From positions 122,399 through 186,398 of IMG/VR virus record IMGVR_UViG_3300003690_000002: a stretch of 64,000 nucleotides of DNA. One strand, written 5' to 3'. Under the pieces are notes generated by a model, which made no database searches, had not been told where the DNA came from, and saw only the letters and a program-made list of their open reading frames with translations. Positions 31,795 through 41,700 of the stretch are shown here, one piece after another (within the stretch, counting starts at the first letter, position 1; the number at the start of each line of letters is the position of its first letter). The DNA is from a virus. The position numbers were made by a program, and so were the translations under genes.

Positions 31795-32853
31795 TTAATC
31801 TTCACTAGCTAGTATAGGACATGTGCCGTCGCTTTTACACGTTTTTCTTTTAATAGTGAACGTTGTCCAAGATACTCCCAAACCTGAATCAACATACATT
31901 CTCTCCCCCGGTTTATAATGACTACGGTTAGATGTGGAATAGGTAGTACGAGTTTTTGTCATTGGGCGTAACCTAAACGTTATGTTGATATTTGGGTCGT
32001 TCATGTAATTATTTATTGCTGTTCCGATAGATACAGTTTTTGATAAATGTGTAGATAGTTCTTCAACACTAGTTATAGTTGTTGGTATTGTTGTCACTAG
32101 TACAGCAGTTGCTGGATATGGATTGTCAGAGCCTCCAGCCACAACTAGTCTTAAAAAAGTTTTATATTTTCCTTCTAATATTTCAGATAAATCTAGGTAT
32201 TCGTTTTTAATATTAAATTTACTTTTAAAAGTTAATCCCCCACTTCTTTTGGGAGTACCTAGAATAAACTTACCATTACTTTGTTCTACAACTTTTTGCA
32301 TATCCTCTGTAGAGATTTTATTTGGAAACTGATACGAGGGGTTAATTCCTTTCATCAGATCAATGAACATTGTTTTTTCCGCTTCTATTATGCTCGCTTG
32401 ATCTTGTGTTACTTCTGCCATTTTTTGTTTTATGTTGTCAACAATTATCTGCGCTTCATGTGGCTCTAAAGTGGTGTCTGTTAATCTTTTAAATAACTTT
32501 GCCTCATCCATTCTATTATCGAGAAAATCAAAATTTTCCTTTTTCATGCTGACACCGATTTCTTCACCGTTATCGGTAGTAAGCACGACATCGGCTTTTG
32601 GCTCTAAGGGTCCGCCTCCAAGCTTTGTTGCATCTTTGATTCGCTGAATGCCAAAATCGCCTAAGTTTACTTCTATGGGTGATCCGCCATTGGCGGCGAT
32701 TAATTCATTAACTGCTTTAACAAGATTTCTTTCGTTGTCTTGACCACTAACTCCTATTGTCATAGAAGTTACTTGCTCTTCAATTATTTTAATAAAGTTT
32801 TTAAAACTTAATTTTGGTCTAAAAAAGTTTTCTATTAATTGATCTAGGCTCAT
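31795..32853 (-). CDS. PD-(D/E)xK restriction-endonuclease-like protein
   Basis: G...E near the N-terminus, PKADVV...IGVSMK; ACTAATTA at 32858-32865 upstream. Confidence 0.5.
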   Translation of the reverse strand: MSLDQLIENFFRPKLSFKNFIKIIEEQVTSMTIGVSGQDNERNLVKAVNELIAANGGSPIEVNLGDFGIQRIKDATKLGGGPLEPKADVVLTTDNGEEIGVSMKKENFDFLDNRMDEAKLFKRLTDTTLEPHEAQIIVDNIKQKMAEVTQDQASIIEAEKTMFIDLMKGINPSYQFPNKISTEDMQKVVEQSNGKFILGTPKRSGGLTFKSKFNIKNEYLDLSEILEGKYKTFLRLVVAGGSDNPYPATAVLVTTIPTTITSVEELSTHLSKTVSIGTAINNYMNDPNINITFRLRPMTKTRTTYSTSNRSHYKPGERMYVDSGLGVSWTTFTIKRKTCKSDGTCPILASED

Positions 32854-32856
32854 ATT

Positions 32857-33093
32857 TTAATTAGTTTTCTTTGCTTTAATCTTCTTCATAAATTTGCGTC
32901 TTTTTAAAACAAGTGTCTTGTATGTAACAAAATTACAGACTCCAGTGATTTTTAAATGGTGCTTTTTTTGAAACTTTTTAATTTTTTTTATCAGATTATT
33001 ATCGAACTTGGTGGCACCAAACCATTCAGGTTCCCATTTCAGCCTACGTGCATTCCTTTTATTGCGCCATCTTATGTACCATCTTTTGAACAT
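32857..33093 (-). CDS. peptidoglycan-binding domain protein
   Basis: IKKFQKKHHLKITGVCNFVTYKTL (PG_binding_1-like). Confidence 0.65.
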   Translation of the reverse strand: MFKRWYIRWRNKRNARRLKWEPEWFGATKFDNNLIKKIKKFQKKHHLKITGVCNFVTYKTLVLKRRKFMKKIKAKKTN

Positions 33094-33096
33094 TTT

Positions 33097-33732
33097 TCAT
33101 ATTATAATATCTGCAATCCCACGTTTGACTGCTTGCTCTGCATTGAGATATATATTAACTTTTTTATCTAGCATCCTTTTTAGTTGTTTTTTTGTAATGT
33201 TGGTCTCATCTACAAGTGCATCAATGTGTTGTTCTTGAATCCATCTTATTTCTTCCATTTCGTTTTCCAAATTATAAATCGTTCCATGAGGTCCGCCAGC
33301 AACACTATGCATCATTACTCGACAGTTTTTACCAATTTTTCGTTTTCCTTTTGTACCGGCAGCCAGCAATAATACTCCCCCAGACATCACTTTACCCACT
33401 CCATAAGTGTGAATTTCGCACTCACAACGAACCATTCTCATGATATCATAAATAGCAAACATACTTAGTGCATCACCTCCCCAAGTAGAAATATAAAAAT
33501 CGATTGGCGAGGATTGAGTTTGTGTTATGTTGGAATCATCTGTAGCAGGGATATTTTTATAAAATTCTTTTAATGTTAATAAAGATAAGATAACATCTTC
33601 GGCTCTTTCTTCGTTAATATCTCCGCAAAGGCTAATTATTTTTATTTTTAGCTCTTCAATGAGATTATCATCAAGCCTAGATTGAGGTATCGTTTCTGTT
33701 GGTTCTTTTATTGGTTTAGACTTTTCTGTCAT
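33097..33732 (-). CDS. clpP: ClpP protease subunit
   Basis: YISTWGG, VMSGGVLLL (Ser), VMMHS (His), GIADII. Confidence 0.88.
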   Translation of the reverse strand: MTEKSKPIKEPTETIPQSRLDDNLIEELKIKIISLCGDINEERAEDVILSLLTLKEFYKNIPATDDSNITQTQSSPIDFYISTWGGDALSMFAIYDIMRMVRCECEIHTYGVGKVMSGGVLLLAAGTKGKRKIGKNCRVMMHSVAGGPHGTIYNLENEMEEIRWIQEQHIDALVDETNITKKQLKRMLDKKVNIYLNAEQAVKRGIADIII

Positions 33733-34058
33733 TTATTTTTGTTTTTTACCACTTTTCTTTTGGCATTGGTGCCCAACTTTAAAGGCTTTGGTTTTCCATT
33801 TCGATTTAACTCTTGTAAACCAAAAGGAAATCGTTTTGCCCATTCAAGCCATCCTTCTTTGGTTTTAAAACATTTTGTAAACATTAAAAAAGTTTCTTTA
33901 GGATTATTTCGATTATATCCCTCCGCTGTCATACTCCAATCACTGGTGCTTCTAAGAATTTCATTCTTTTTTCTTTTATTAATATTTCCGTCGACTTGAA
34001 GATGATAAACAAACTCATCTTTATTGTCTGTGGGAATTCTCCAAGCTTGTATTAGCAT
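33729..34058 (-). CDS. hypothetical protein
   Basis: 109-aa ORF; start uncertain. Confidence 0.55.
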   Translation of the reverse strand: MLIQAWRIPTDNKDEFVYHLQVDGNINKRKKNEILRSTSDWSMTAEGYNRNNPKETFLMFTKCFKTKEGWLEWAKRFPFGLQELNRNGKPKPLKLGTNAKRKVVKNKNK

Positions 34059-34347
34059 TCTTTTTTATCTCCCTTTTTTTAGCTGAAGTCTCAAATATAT
34101 GTATTTTAATTATATCATCTTCCCAGAAAAGGTCAACTTTTTTTTCTAAAAAAAGTTTTACAGCTTTCATGTAATTTTCAATTTGGTCCGGTAATAAATT
34201 TTTTCCTTCCTTCTGTTGGATACACCATTGAATTACAGAATTTGCAAAAAATGCTCTTTCTGCATGATAAATATTATTTTCTTTAGTTATGGCTCCTTCA
34301 TCTTTAAGCCATACCAGAATAGTATTTTTAACAGAGATACCTTTCAT
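34021..34347 (-). CDS. hypothetical protein
   Basis: 108-aa ORF. Confidence 0.6.
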   Translation of the reverse strand: MKGISVKNTILVWLKDEGAITKENNIYHAERAFFANSVIQWCIQQKEGKNLLPDQIENYMKAVKLFLEKKVDLFWEDDIIKIHIFETSAKKREIKKNANTSLENSHRQ

Positions 34348-34367
34348 TATAAAATATATAGTTAATT

Positions 34368-34748
34368 TTATAATGATCTAGATTGTTTTTTATAATATTT
34401 ATTTAAAAAATTCATGGCTTCACGCCAATTTTTAAATTTTATTAACGATCTAAACTTTTTTGGAAAATTTTCTATGAGCTTGCGAATTGCCGTTTCTTTC
34501 CACAAACTAAGGGCTTGTTCATCGATTTCTTGAGCTTGCTTGACTTGCTCGGAAGTTGCCAAGGCTTTTTTCATTGTTTTATACTTTAATGTACGTATAA
34601 ACGCAACATCTTCTACTACTGTTCCTAAAAGCTGAAGACAATCAATTTGAACTTCCTGCAAAAGAAGAATCACTTTTCCAATATTAAGCATTTTTGCAAG
34701 AAGTTTATATGTCAATGCGCCAAGAAGAAACCACATTAATTCGTGCAT
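34368..34748 (-). CDS. hypothetical protein with an N-terminal TM helix
   Basis: Hydrophobic first ~20 aa. Confidence 0.65.
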   Translation of the reverse strand: MHELMWFLLGALTYKLLAKMLNIGKVILLLQEVQIDCLQLLGTVVEDVAFIRTLKYKTMKKALATSEQVKQAQEIDEQALSLWKETAIRKLIENFPKKFRSLIKFKNWREAMNFLNKYYKKQSRSL

Positions 34749-34750
34749 AT

Positions 34751-35365
34751 TTAACCTTTGGGTCTTGCTCTCTTACTTACAACTTTGGGTCTTGCTCTCT
34801 TACTTACAAGGCGGCTGGCAACACGTTTTGCAATTTCATTAACTAATTCCTCGTTGTTGTGAAATCGTCCTTTTTCCAAATATAGTTCTTTTTCGAACTC
34901 GTTTTCTTCTAACTCTTCTTCTTCTTCTTCTGGAAATTCTGCCTCTTCACCAGGTTCGCCTAGCTCTTCTTCGCCGGGAGCCGGAGCTTCTAGCTCTTCT
35001 TCGCCTCCTTCTGCGCCTTCCACATCTACTGAAACGCCAGTTTCTGATTCGATTGCATCAGCGATTGCATTTACCAACCCAACCACGTCTACACCCCCTT
35101 CAGCGGGTGCTTCTGCTTCTAGGTCTTCTTCGCCAGGAAGCGCCTCTTCTTCACCAGGGGGTGCCAATCCACCACCTCCACCGGGGGGTCCCAACTCTTC
35201 CTCGTCATCATCTCGCTGGTACACACCTTCTTCCAAATCTTCTTCTTCCTCTTCTTCAAGCTTTTTCTTGCTATCAAAAAAACTTTCTGAAAGTGGCTCA
35301 ATCGATGCTAGCCTCATAAATCGGCGTACTGTGTGTTCTTTCAGCAATGTTTTATTATCTTTCAT
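34751..35365 (-). CDS. acidic low-complexity protein (scaffold/core-like)
   Basis: LLKEHTVRRFMRLASI N-terminus, Glu-rich body, basic duplicated tail; ACTATTTA at 35405-35412 upstream. Confidence 0.7.
   Translation of the reverse strand: MKDNKTLLKEHTVRRFMRLASIEPLSESFFDSKKKLEEEEEEDLEEGVYQRDDDEEELGPPGGGGGLAPPGEEEALPGEEDLEAEAPAEGGVDVVGLVNAIADAIESETGVSVDVEGAEGGEEELEAPAPGEEELGEPGEEAEFPEEEEEELEENEFEKELYLEKGRFHNNEELVNEIAKRVASRLVSKRARPKVVSKRARPKG
34756..34809. repeat. 27-bp perfect tandem duplication
   Basis: ctttgggtcttgctctcttacttacaa x2, in frame, duplicating VSKRARPK. Confidence 0.9.
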
Positions 35366-35423
35366 TGAGTGTCTCCTTTGTAACACGCTGCAAAATATCT
35401 ACTATAAATAGTGTTTTTGTTAT

Positions 35424-35666
35424 TTAAATGACCTTTAAGTGCTTACTTTTTTTCTGTAATCTTTTTAAAGCTTTATCTTGTATTTGTTTAATTCTCACAA
35501 TACTTAACTTGAGCCTTTTTGCAACTTCTTGTAGGGTCATTTCTGGTCTTTTGTTGACTGCAATTAAAGTGCAATTTAAATCGCTTTTATAATCAATCCA
35601 ATATCTACAATCTTTAGCTGGACAATTAACATTATATTCTATGCAACATCTACTACATTTCTTCAT
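35424..35666 (-). CDS. stand-alone sigma70 region-4 HTH protein with a Cys-rich N-terminus
   Basis: MTLQEVAKRLKLSIVRIKQIQDKALKRL. Confidence 0.75.
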   Translation of the reverse strand: MKKCSRCCIEYNVNCPAKDCRYWIDYKSDLNCTLIAVNKRPEMTLQEVAKRLKLSIVRIKQIQDKALKRLQKKSKHLKVI

Positions 35667-36022
35667 AAATCTGGATGCTCCTTTTCTAAAATATCAAAAA
35701 TATTTTCAATATCGTTTTTATTTATACCAAATTGATCAATGATTTTCTTTTCTTCTTGCTGTGCTTTTATTATTTTTTTTCTTTTGATTTTTGATATCTG
35801 TTTTTTCTCTTTAAGTTCTTCAATAAATGCTAAAACATATTTATTTTTATTAATATATCCCGCCACCATTTCATTAAAAAAATCACAAACCTTAATTTCA
35901 TCATAATTCAAACGAATTTTTAGCTCAGCATGAAGTTTATCTGTGCTTTGAAAGCATATCTTTTTAGCTGTATTTCCGTATTTAGTTTCTATCATTCGCT
36001 TTTTCTCAAAATATGAGTCCAA
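35663..36022 (-). CDS. hypothetical protein
   Basis: 119-aa ORF. Confidence 0.65.
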   Translation of the reverse strand: MDSYFEKKRMIETKYGNTAKKICFQSTDKLHAELKIRLNYDEIKVCDFFNEMVAGYINKNKYVLAFIEELKEKKQISKIKRKKIIKAQQEEKKIIDQFGINKNDIENIFDILEKEHPDL

Positions 36023-37029
36023 CCCTCTGCGTTCCCTGCTGGAGTTTGATAAATAAATTCTGATTTATTTTGTAATTCTTTAATATTTCTTGCACCTGTG
36101 TAAGACAGTCCCGACTTTATGCCATTATTTAAATCTGCTAGTATGTATTTTACACCGCCTCTATATGGAACAGTTGCAGAGATACCTTCATTAGAGGAAT
36201 ATTCCCCTCTCCATTCAAATTGCGCCTCTTTGCTAGCCATTCCTCTATAAACTTTTCTTTTTATATTTGATGCTCTCGTGATTACGTCTCCTGGGGATTC
36301 GTCAGTACCGGCTAGCATTGATCCAAGCATTACAAAACTGGCTCCAGCAGCCAATGCTTTAACGGCGTCTCCGCTACTTCTAATCCCTCCATCCGCGATA
36401 ATCGGTATATTATGGTGCGTTTCAGAACAATCAAGTATTGTTTGTAGACCAGGTACTCCGTGTCCTGTTTGAATTCTTGTTGAGCAAATAGACCCGCCGC
36501 CGATATTGCAGCGCACACTATCTGCGCCCCATTTCACAAGATCATTAAACCCCTCTAAGGTGGCTATATTTCCTGCCATTATATGAATCTCGTTTTTAAT
36601 TGTATCTTTAATTGTTTTTAAGGCTCTCTCCATTAAAATATGATGACCATGTGCAATGTCTATACATAAAATATCTACCCCTCTCGTCGCTAGTGCAATT
36701 GCACGTTCCAAATAATCTCCTGTTACACCGATGGCAGCACCAATATGTTCTCCGTCTTCTAATGTTTCATATGCTTCTTCGACAATTTTAGTTTGTTGTT
36801 TAATATTATTATATCGATGTACTAATCCAAGACCACCTTGTTTCGCCATAGCAATTAACATATCTTTTCCAGTAACAGTATCCATAGGAGAGGATATGAT
36901 AGGAATTGATAAACTAATTTTATCATCTAGTTGGCTCTCTAGCGTTATCTTTGAGCGACTTTCTATATCGCTGTATTGAGGTACCAAAAGAACATCATCG
37001 TATGCTAATGTTTTAATTGCTGATATCAT
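35992..37029 (-). CDS. IMPDH/GMP reductase family protein (no CBS domains)
   Basis: [35 protein letters not shown]. Confidence 0.92.
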   Translation of the reverse strand: MISAIKTLAYDDVLLVPQYSDIESRSKITLESQLDDKISLSIPIISSPMDTVTGKDMLIAMAKQGGLGLVHRYNNIKQQTKIVEEAYETLEDGEHIGAAIGVTGDYLERAIALATRGVDILCIDIAHGHHILMERALKTIKDTIKNEIHIMAGNIATLEGFNDLVKWGADSVRCNIGGGSICSTRIQTGHGVPGLQTILDCSETHHNIPIIADGGIRSSGDAVKALAAGASFVMLGSMLAGTDESPGDVITRASNIKRKVYRGMASKEAQFEWRGEYSSNEGISATVPYRGGVKYILADLNNGIKSGLSYTGARNIKELQNKSEFIYQTPAGNAEGWTHILRKSE

Positions 37030-37032
37030 TTT

Positions 37033-37338
37033 TTATTCGTTTTCACAATCATTATATGTATTTTTATGCTCTAAATGTTGCTCAAATTCTTCTAGAATAT
37101 TAATTGCGAGTTTCCAACATTCGGGACAGTAAAGGTGCACACTCTTTTCTTGCTCTTTTACAATAACATACCAGGACTTTACCATATCTTTATCCAGTTT
37201 ATCATATGGCTGCCCACAAGTCAAACATTTTTCTGGAAGTTTATCAAATAAGCCAACCTTTGTGGAGATTTCTTTATTTAAATCTTTTTTCTTTTTATTT
37301 GTTTTATTTCTACTCAGTTTTCTTTCTAATGAACTCAA
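37033..37338 (-). CDS. hypothetical zinc-binding protein
   Basis: CLTC...CPEC. Confidence 0.65.
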   Translation of the reverse strand: MSSLERKLSRNKTNKKKKDLNKEISTKVGLFDKLPEKCLTCGQPYDKLDKDMVKSWYVIVKEQEKSVHLYCPECWKLAINILEEFEQHLEHKNTYNDCENE

Positions 37339-37347
37339 GGTCTTCTC

Positions 37348-38208
37348 CTATTTTATCGTTAAGTTTTTTAGTTGGTCGCCTGCCATCCAATTTAAATCTA
37401 CGCGACCTTTAAGACCAGGGCATTCGCCCCACCCGCTATATTGCCACACACCCCACTCCTTCCAATTGCGCAGTTGGGCTTCGGGACCAACAAGCGGCTT
37501 TTTACGAATATAATTTGCCCACCATACAGGATATTCAGCAAATTTGACATGATCCTCAGCCTTCGCATTGCGTATATAGAGGTTCCATGCCCAGCGGGCT
37601 GTATAAACAATCGCCTTTACGCCCCATTCGGCTTCAGCCAAGGAGAGCCATTCTAAATACCAATCGGCATTATATTGGTCATCTGTTTTCATACCTGCCT
37701 CAAGGTCGATGGCTGGAACTAGATTACCACACTTGATGCCTCCAACCGCTTGGAGCGTATCGCGAAAATGTTTAAACTCTGCGCGTGCGTCTGCTTCAGG
37801 GTTATCATATTTATTAAAATCTGGGCGCGCAAAATGATACGCGCCCACAATAACATTATTACTAACTGCACCTTTATAGCGATCAACCCAATTACGATTC
37901 ACATGATTCTGCCCTTCAGTAGCCTTTACCCACGCAAACTTTACACCGGCATTGACGGCTTTCGCCCAATCAACAGTGCCATTATGTGAACTAACATCGA
38001 TGCCAGCATGAACGGAAATGTTTAAAGCCCCTAGCGTTTGTTTGCCAGCAAGTCCATCAACTGTCAAATCATGAATAGATTGATAATCACTAACTGCTTT
38101 TTTTGTTTTTGGTCCAAAAACGCTATCTGCGCTGATATTAAGGCGTCCTTGTAGCCTTTTTACCTCTTGTCCTTTGTCTCCTTCTCGGAGAGTATAATAA
38201 AAACTCAT
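37348..38208 (-). CDS. endolysin: PG-binding domain + GH25 muramidase
   Basis: DSVFGPKT...DGLAG PG-binding motifs; GIDVSSHN, KATEG, DLE, WQYS. Confidence 0.9.
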   Translation of the reverse strand: MSFYYTLREGDKGQEVKRLQGRLNISADSVFGPKTKKAVSDYQSIHDLTVDGLAGKQTLGALNISVHAGIDVSSHNGTVDWAKAVNAGVKFAWVKATEGQNHVNRNWVDRYKGAVSNNVIVGAYHFARPDFNKYDNPEADARAEFKHFRDTLQAVGGIKCGNLVPAIDLEAGMKTDDQYNADWYLEWLSLAEAEWGVKAIVYTARWAWNLYIRNAKAEDHVKFAEYPVWWANYIRKKPLVGPEAQLRNWKEWGVWQYSGWGECPGLKGRVDLNWMAGDQLKNLTIK

Positions 38209-38232
38209 AATATATTTCCTTTTAATTAATCT

Positions 38233-38700
38233 TTAACGATTACCCGTTGATCCAAAACCGCGAGCGCCGCGCTCCGAGCGATAATTTAAAAATTTATCTG
38301 TCTCTACTTCTTCGACTCCACAGTGAATAATGGGAATCATTACTGCTTGCGCAATTTTTTCTCCTGGTTCAATAACTTGTGTTTTGTGTCCAACATTGTG
38401 TAAATTTATGTATAATTCTCCAGCATAACCAGGATCCACAACACAAGCCCCGACCAAAAGTTGTCGTTTGTGAGCCACACCCGATTTGTTTTTAATTTCC
38501 AACATATATCCATATGGTATCTCCATTTTTATTCCAGTTGATAATAGGCGTGATTCTTTAGGTGGAATATGAAAACTTTTTTCATCATATAGTTTTTTAT
38601 TACTATTGGAGCAATAATATATATCCAACCCAGCATCCATTTGATGTGCTCGTGACGGCAATATTGCATCTGGTCTAATTTTGTAAATTTTTAATTTCAT
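38233..38700 (-). CDS. dut: dUTPase
   Basis: AGLDI, KSG, VDPGYAG, IAQ, RGARGFGSTG. Confidence 0.95.
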   Translation of the reverse strand: MKLKIYKIRPDAILPSRAHQMDAGLDIYYCSNSNKKLYDEKSFHIPPKESRLLSTGIKMEIPYGYMLEIKNKSGVAHKRQLLVGACVVDPGYAGELYINLHNVGHKTQVIEPGEKIAQAVMIPIIHCGVEEVETDKFLNYRSERGARGFGSTGNR

Positions 38701-38713
38701 TTTTACAATCCTT

Positions 38714-41700
38714 TTATCCTAATAATCTAAAACTTTTATAAAATCCACGTGCACTATAACCCCATTGTTCACTATAATCCAGCTTTGCCATATAAGGACG
38801 ATTAATAAATACTTTGTCTTTATTCGGATTCACACCCCAGCATTTAATGTGGGTTGTAGTTGAGGTATTGTCAATAACTTTTAAAATCCAATATTCTTTT
38901 CCATTTTGTGTTATCTTACTTATAACCTCTCTTGGTATAAACCATGCAACTTGTAAATCTTTATCCCACTTTCCCAAAGGGGGCACGCAATGATAATTTA
39001 ATCGCTCATTAACGTCTTTACTTAAAACTAATTCCATCGGGAAAACACCAGTTAATGATACCAAATATTCAATTATTTCTTCATCTGAAAAATCTTTTTC
39101 TGGCTTATAAAGCTTAATATTCTCATGAAGTTTTTTAGGGCTTTTTGGTCTATCGACAGCGACACAAGACCAAAAATGTTTTCGACCGGTAAACCTATCA
39201 TCCATTAAGCTGTCTAATGCTTGGCTTCTTATGAGCACATCTAATGCTTTTTTATTTAACTTGCTATAAATAATATCTTCATTAAATATTAACTCTTCAA
39301 CTGTTTTAAATGGGCGACTATTAATAATCTGTAATATTGCAGCGTCTCCTAGTCCTTTTATAGAAGTTAATGGTTGAATTAATGTATTTGCATTTGTTCC
39401 AATTTCCCAGACAACTCCGGACTCATTTATATCTATTGGTTGAATTTCAAAACCGTGGCTTCTGGCGATGTTAATTGCTTTCTCTTTCCGGACTTCAGGC
39501 TCTTTATCAAGGAATGCGGCTAACCACTCAGAAGGATAATAATTAAATAACCAGGCGCATTGATAGGAAATAATAGAATAAGATACGGCATGTGATTTGT
39601 TAAAACCATATCCTGAAAAATATTCAAACTTTTTCCATAATGCGATAGCTGCTATTTCAGTCATTCCTTTTTCCAGGCATCCCACAATAAATTTAACCTT
39701 TATTTTATTTTTTTGCTCTATACCAGAACCTGTACCTTTTTTTGTGAGAAGCTTGCGAAGTTTATTTGCTTCGTCTAAGCTTATATTTTTTCCAAGCCTG
39801 TGTGCTAGAAGTGCAATTTGTTCTTGAAAGATTAAAAAACCATATGTTTCCTGTGTAACTTCTTTAACAATATCATTCTCATACTTTATTTTTCCAGGGT
39901 TTTCTTTTGCTTCGACATAGAGTTGATCAACATCAGCCCCTAATGGTCCTGGTCTATAAATAGCTGTAATCGATGCAATATTAATTATGTTTTTAGGTTT
40001 TGCCTTTTTACAAAATAATTGGGCTCCAGGCTCTGTGAATTGAAATATCCCAGCCCACTTGCCTTTGTGGAAAATATTGGTGTATACTTGATTATCTGCG
40101 AAATCGATTTTATCCGGATGGAGTTTGTCATTGTAATACTGCTGTATCTCTTCGAATGTCGGGCTCTTAATCCCGTGGTGTCGTTTTAAAATATGTCCAA
40201 TCGCACCTTCAATCATCTTTAATGTCGACAAACCAAGCACATCGAATTTAATGAACCCCATCGGTTCAAGGTGCCTAACGTTTTGACCTTCTGACCAGGG
40301 AGTTTGTCTGATTCCGCCACTATTAATTAAGGGCATGTGTTTATCTAAATCTTCCCCCACGACGATCCCCCCTGCGTGCCTAGATACTGATCGCAGTTGA
40401 CCATATAAAACATTAATATGATTTGCAATGTGCGGATATTTAGATAAAAATCCCTGTAATGAGCTAGAATACTCCATTACCTCTTCAAAAGTAGGAGTAT
40501 ATACACCTGCTTTAACTCCATGTTTTCTTTTGGCTAACGGTGTCGCTTCTTTTAACATCCTTGAAGTGACTAAATTAACTTCTGTAAAAGGAATTTCATA
40601 AAACTTTGAGATGTCCTTAATTAAAGAACGAAGCTGTAAAGTGTTAAAATTAGAGATTGGCACCACCGTATCGGCACCCCACTCTTCAATTAGTAATTCT
40701 TTCAGCTCCATTGGATCCGAAACATCATAATCAATATCAGGATATTCTTTTGTGTCTCTCCGAAGAAATCTTGAGAAGAGAAGATTATATTTAATTGGGT
40801 CGACTTGTGTAATCCCGAGAACATACGCAACAAGTGACCCAGCGGCAGATCCGCGCCCAGGTCCTGTAAGTTGTACTGAATTTGCTTTATTTGCAATTGC
40901 ATTCATGGTAAGAAAATACTTATTAAACCCCCTATCGTCAATAATATGTAATTCTTCGCGCAATCTATCTATATATTTCTTATTCGCATGTAGGTTTAAT
41001 ACTCTCAGCCCATCCAAACAAAGTTGAGAAAGTGCTTGGGAAGCCGTAAATCCGGCTGGAACAACAAAGTCGGGAAGACGCACTGTATTGTTTGGCAAAA
41101 ATGATTCTATGTACTCGTGAGCAATTTTATAGGTTTCTGTAATTGATGCCATAATTAACTTATCATCATATTTTACTCCGCACTCTTTAGAATAATTCTT
41201 ATAAGATTCCCACATCTGATCGCCATTTTTTGGATAAAGCTCATACCCGATTTCTTCAATGTCAATTGGAAGTTCCGATGTCATCCACTTTGGTGAGCCA
41301 CCCTTTCCTAACCAACCCAGCCTTTTGTAAAGTTCCCTGTCTTTCCAAGCAGTGGGAGATGGATAGTGGCTATCAGCAGTAGAAATTAAGCCAAAACCGT
41401 ATTTTTCTGATATTTGAATAATATATTTATTTAACTCGTGTTGTTCTGGTATGTTATTCCACTGAAGCTCTCCATACCATCGATCTTTAAAGATTGACAT
41501 CATTTTACGAGTGGTCTCTTCCATTGCCGCATAAACAGCCTCTTTACTCTTTTCTTTATTTTCCCAATAATTTCCGGCATATATGCCACCCAAACAGGCA
41601 CTTGTAGCGATTACTCCTTCACTATACTTTTGCAATGTTTTATAATCCATTCTAGGAAATCGATAGAAACCTTCTTTTGAATAAGACTTTGAAACCATCT

